A stretch of 64,000 nt of DNA, taken from assembly GCA_964016885.1 (NCBI GenBank), contig OZ024756.1, positions 5,642,001-5,706,000 on the forward strand. The letters run 5' to 3'. This DNA is from Eledone cirrhosa. Its lineage: Eukaryota. A model generated the notes under the pieces. The model was not told the origin of the DNA. It ran no database searches and saw only the letters and a list, made by a program, of their open reading frames with translations. This document shows positions 62,401 through 64,000 of the stretch, in pieces (the stretch's first letter is position 1; every line of letters starts with the position of its first letter). A program made the translations under genes and the position numbers.

Positions 62401-64000
62401 TATATAGAAAGACACAGTTACTATATATAGAAAGACACAGTTACTACATATAGAAAGACACAGTTACTATATATAGAAAGACAGTTACTATATATAGAAA
62501 GACACAGTTGCTATATATAGAAAGATACAGTTGCTATATATAGAAAGACAGTTACTATATATAGAAAGACAATTACTATATATAGACAGACACAGTTACT
62601 ATATATAGAAAGACAGTTACTATATATAGAAAGACAGTTACTGTATATAGAAAGACAGTTACTATATATAGACCGCAACAGTTACTATATATAGAAAGAC
62701 ACAGTTGCTATATATAGAAAGACATTTACTATATATAGAAAGACAGTTACTATATATAGAAAGACAGTTACTATATATAGAAAGACACAGTTACTATATA
62801 TAGACAGACACAGTTACTATATATTGTAAGACACAGTTGCTATATATAGAAAGACAGTTACTATATATAGAAAGACAGTTACTATATATAGACAGACACA
62901 GTTACTATATATTGAAAGACAGGGTTACTATATATAGAAAGACACAGTTACTATATATAGACAGACACAGTTACTATATATTGTAAGACACAGTTGCTAT
63001 ATATAGAAAGACAGTTACTATATATAGAAAGACAGTTACTATATATAGACAGATACAGTTACTATATATAGAAATAGTGTTACTATATATAGAAATACAG
63101 TTACTATATGTAGAAAGACAGTTACTATATATAGAAACAGACAGTTACTATATATAGAAAGAGACAGTTACTATATATAGAAATAGTGTTACTATATATA
63201 GAAATACAGTTACTATATATAGAAGGACAGTTACTATATATAGAAAGAGACAGTTACTATATATAGAAAGACAGTTACTATATATAGAAAGACACAGTTA
63301 CTATATATAGAAAGACAGTTACTATATATAGAAAGACAGTTACTATATATAGAAAGACACAGTTACTATATATAGAAAGACAGTTACTATATATAGAAAT
63401 ACAGTTACTATATATAGAAAGACACAGTTACTATATATAGAAAGACAGTAACTATATATAGAAAGACAGTTACTATATATAGAAATACACAGTTACTATA
63501 TATAGAAAGACAGTTACTATATATAGAAAGACACAGTTACTATATATAGAAAGACAGTTACTATATATATAAAGACACAATTACTATATATAGAAAGACA
63601 GTTACTATATATAGAAAGACACAGTTACTATATATAGAAAAACAGTTACTATATATAAAAAGACAGTTACTATATATAGAAATACAGTTACTATATATAG
63701 AAAGACAGTTACAATATATAGAAAGACACAGTTACTATATATAGAAAGACACAGTTACTATATATAGAAAGACACAGTTACTATATATAGAAAGACAGTT
63801 ACTATATATAGAAAGACACAGTTACTATATATAGAAAGACAGTTACTATATATAGAAAGACGGATACTATATATAGAAAGACAGTTACTATATATAGAAA
63901 GACAGTTACTATATATAGAAAGACAGTTACTATATATAGAAAGACACAGTTACTATATATAGAAAGACATACTTACTATATATAGAAAGACACAGTTACT
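20421..64000. repeat. Satellite DNA array of 21-bp (AGAAAGACAGTTACTATATAT) and 23-bp (AGAAAGACACAGTTACTATATAT) monomers, running off the window end
   Basis: Uninterrupted tandem monomers for ~43.6 kb (about 2,000 units by length division), with recurrent variant monomers defining higher-order repeats. Confidence 0.99.
50741..58660. repeat. Higher-order repeat: three tandem 2,620-bp units, each with an internal 710-bp duplication
   Basis: Variant CATTTACTATAAAATAG at 50741/53361/55981/58601. ATAGACCGCA at 51171/51881, 53791/54501 and 56411/57121. Identical pseudo-ORFs at 52207/54827/57447. Confidence 0.95.

Noticed and set aside
20421-64000. CRISPR-like array
   Set aside because: No unique spacers or cas genes. 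Monomers are directly adjacent and the context is eukaryotic.

Overview
Non-coding, AT-rich eukaryotic (metazoan) DNA. The microsatellite load and SINE types suggest an octopus/coleoid genome, which is an inference. No protein-coding gene is supported: the listed ORFs mostly read through microsatellites, SINEs or satellite. Bases 1-20.4 kb are a mosaic of (TA)n, (TATC)n, (CAC)n, (TAG)n and (CAT)n tracts, nine copies of one tRNA-derived SINE, a CORE-type SINE, a probable Tc1/pogo-type MITE and two inverted duplications. The most striking feature is a cluster of seven type I hammerhead-ribozyme motifs plus degenerate ones, of several distinct sequence families. Several of them sit in fold-back palindromes embedded in (TA)n tracts, resembling Penelope-like pseudo-LTR or retrozyme relics. 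Bases ~20.4-64 kb are one satellite array of about 2,000 monomers of 21/23 bp (AGAAAGAC[AC]AGTTACTATATAT). It has nested higher-order structure (710 bp, 2,620 bp, ~2.7 kb and ~21 kb), and a single inverted monomer lies just upstream of it. All folds and offsets were worked out by eye.
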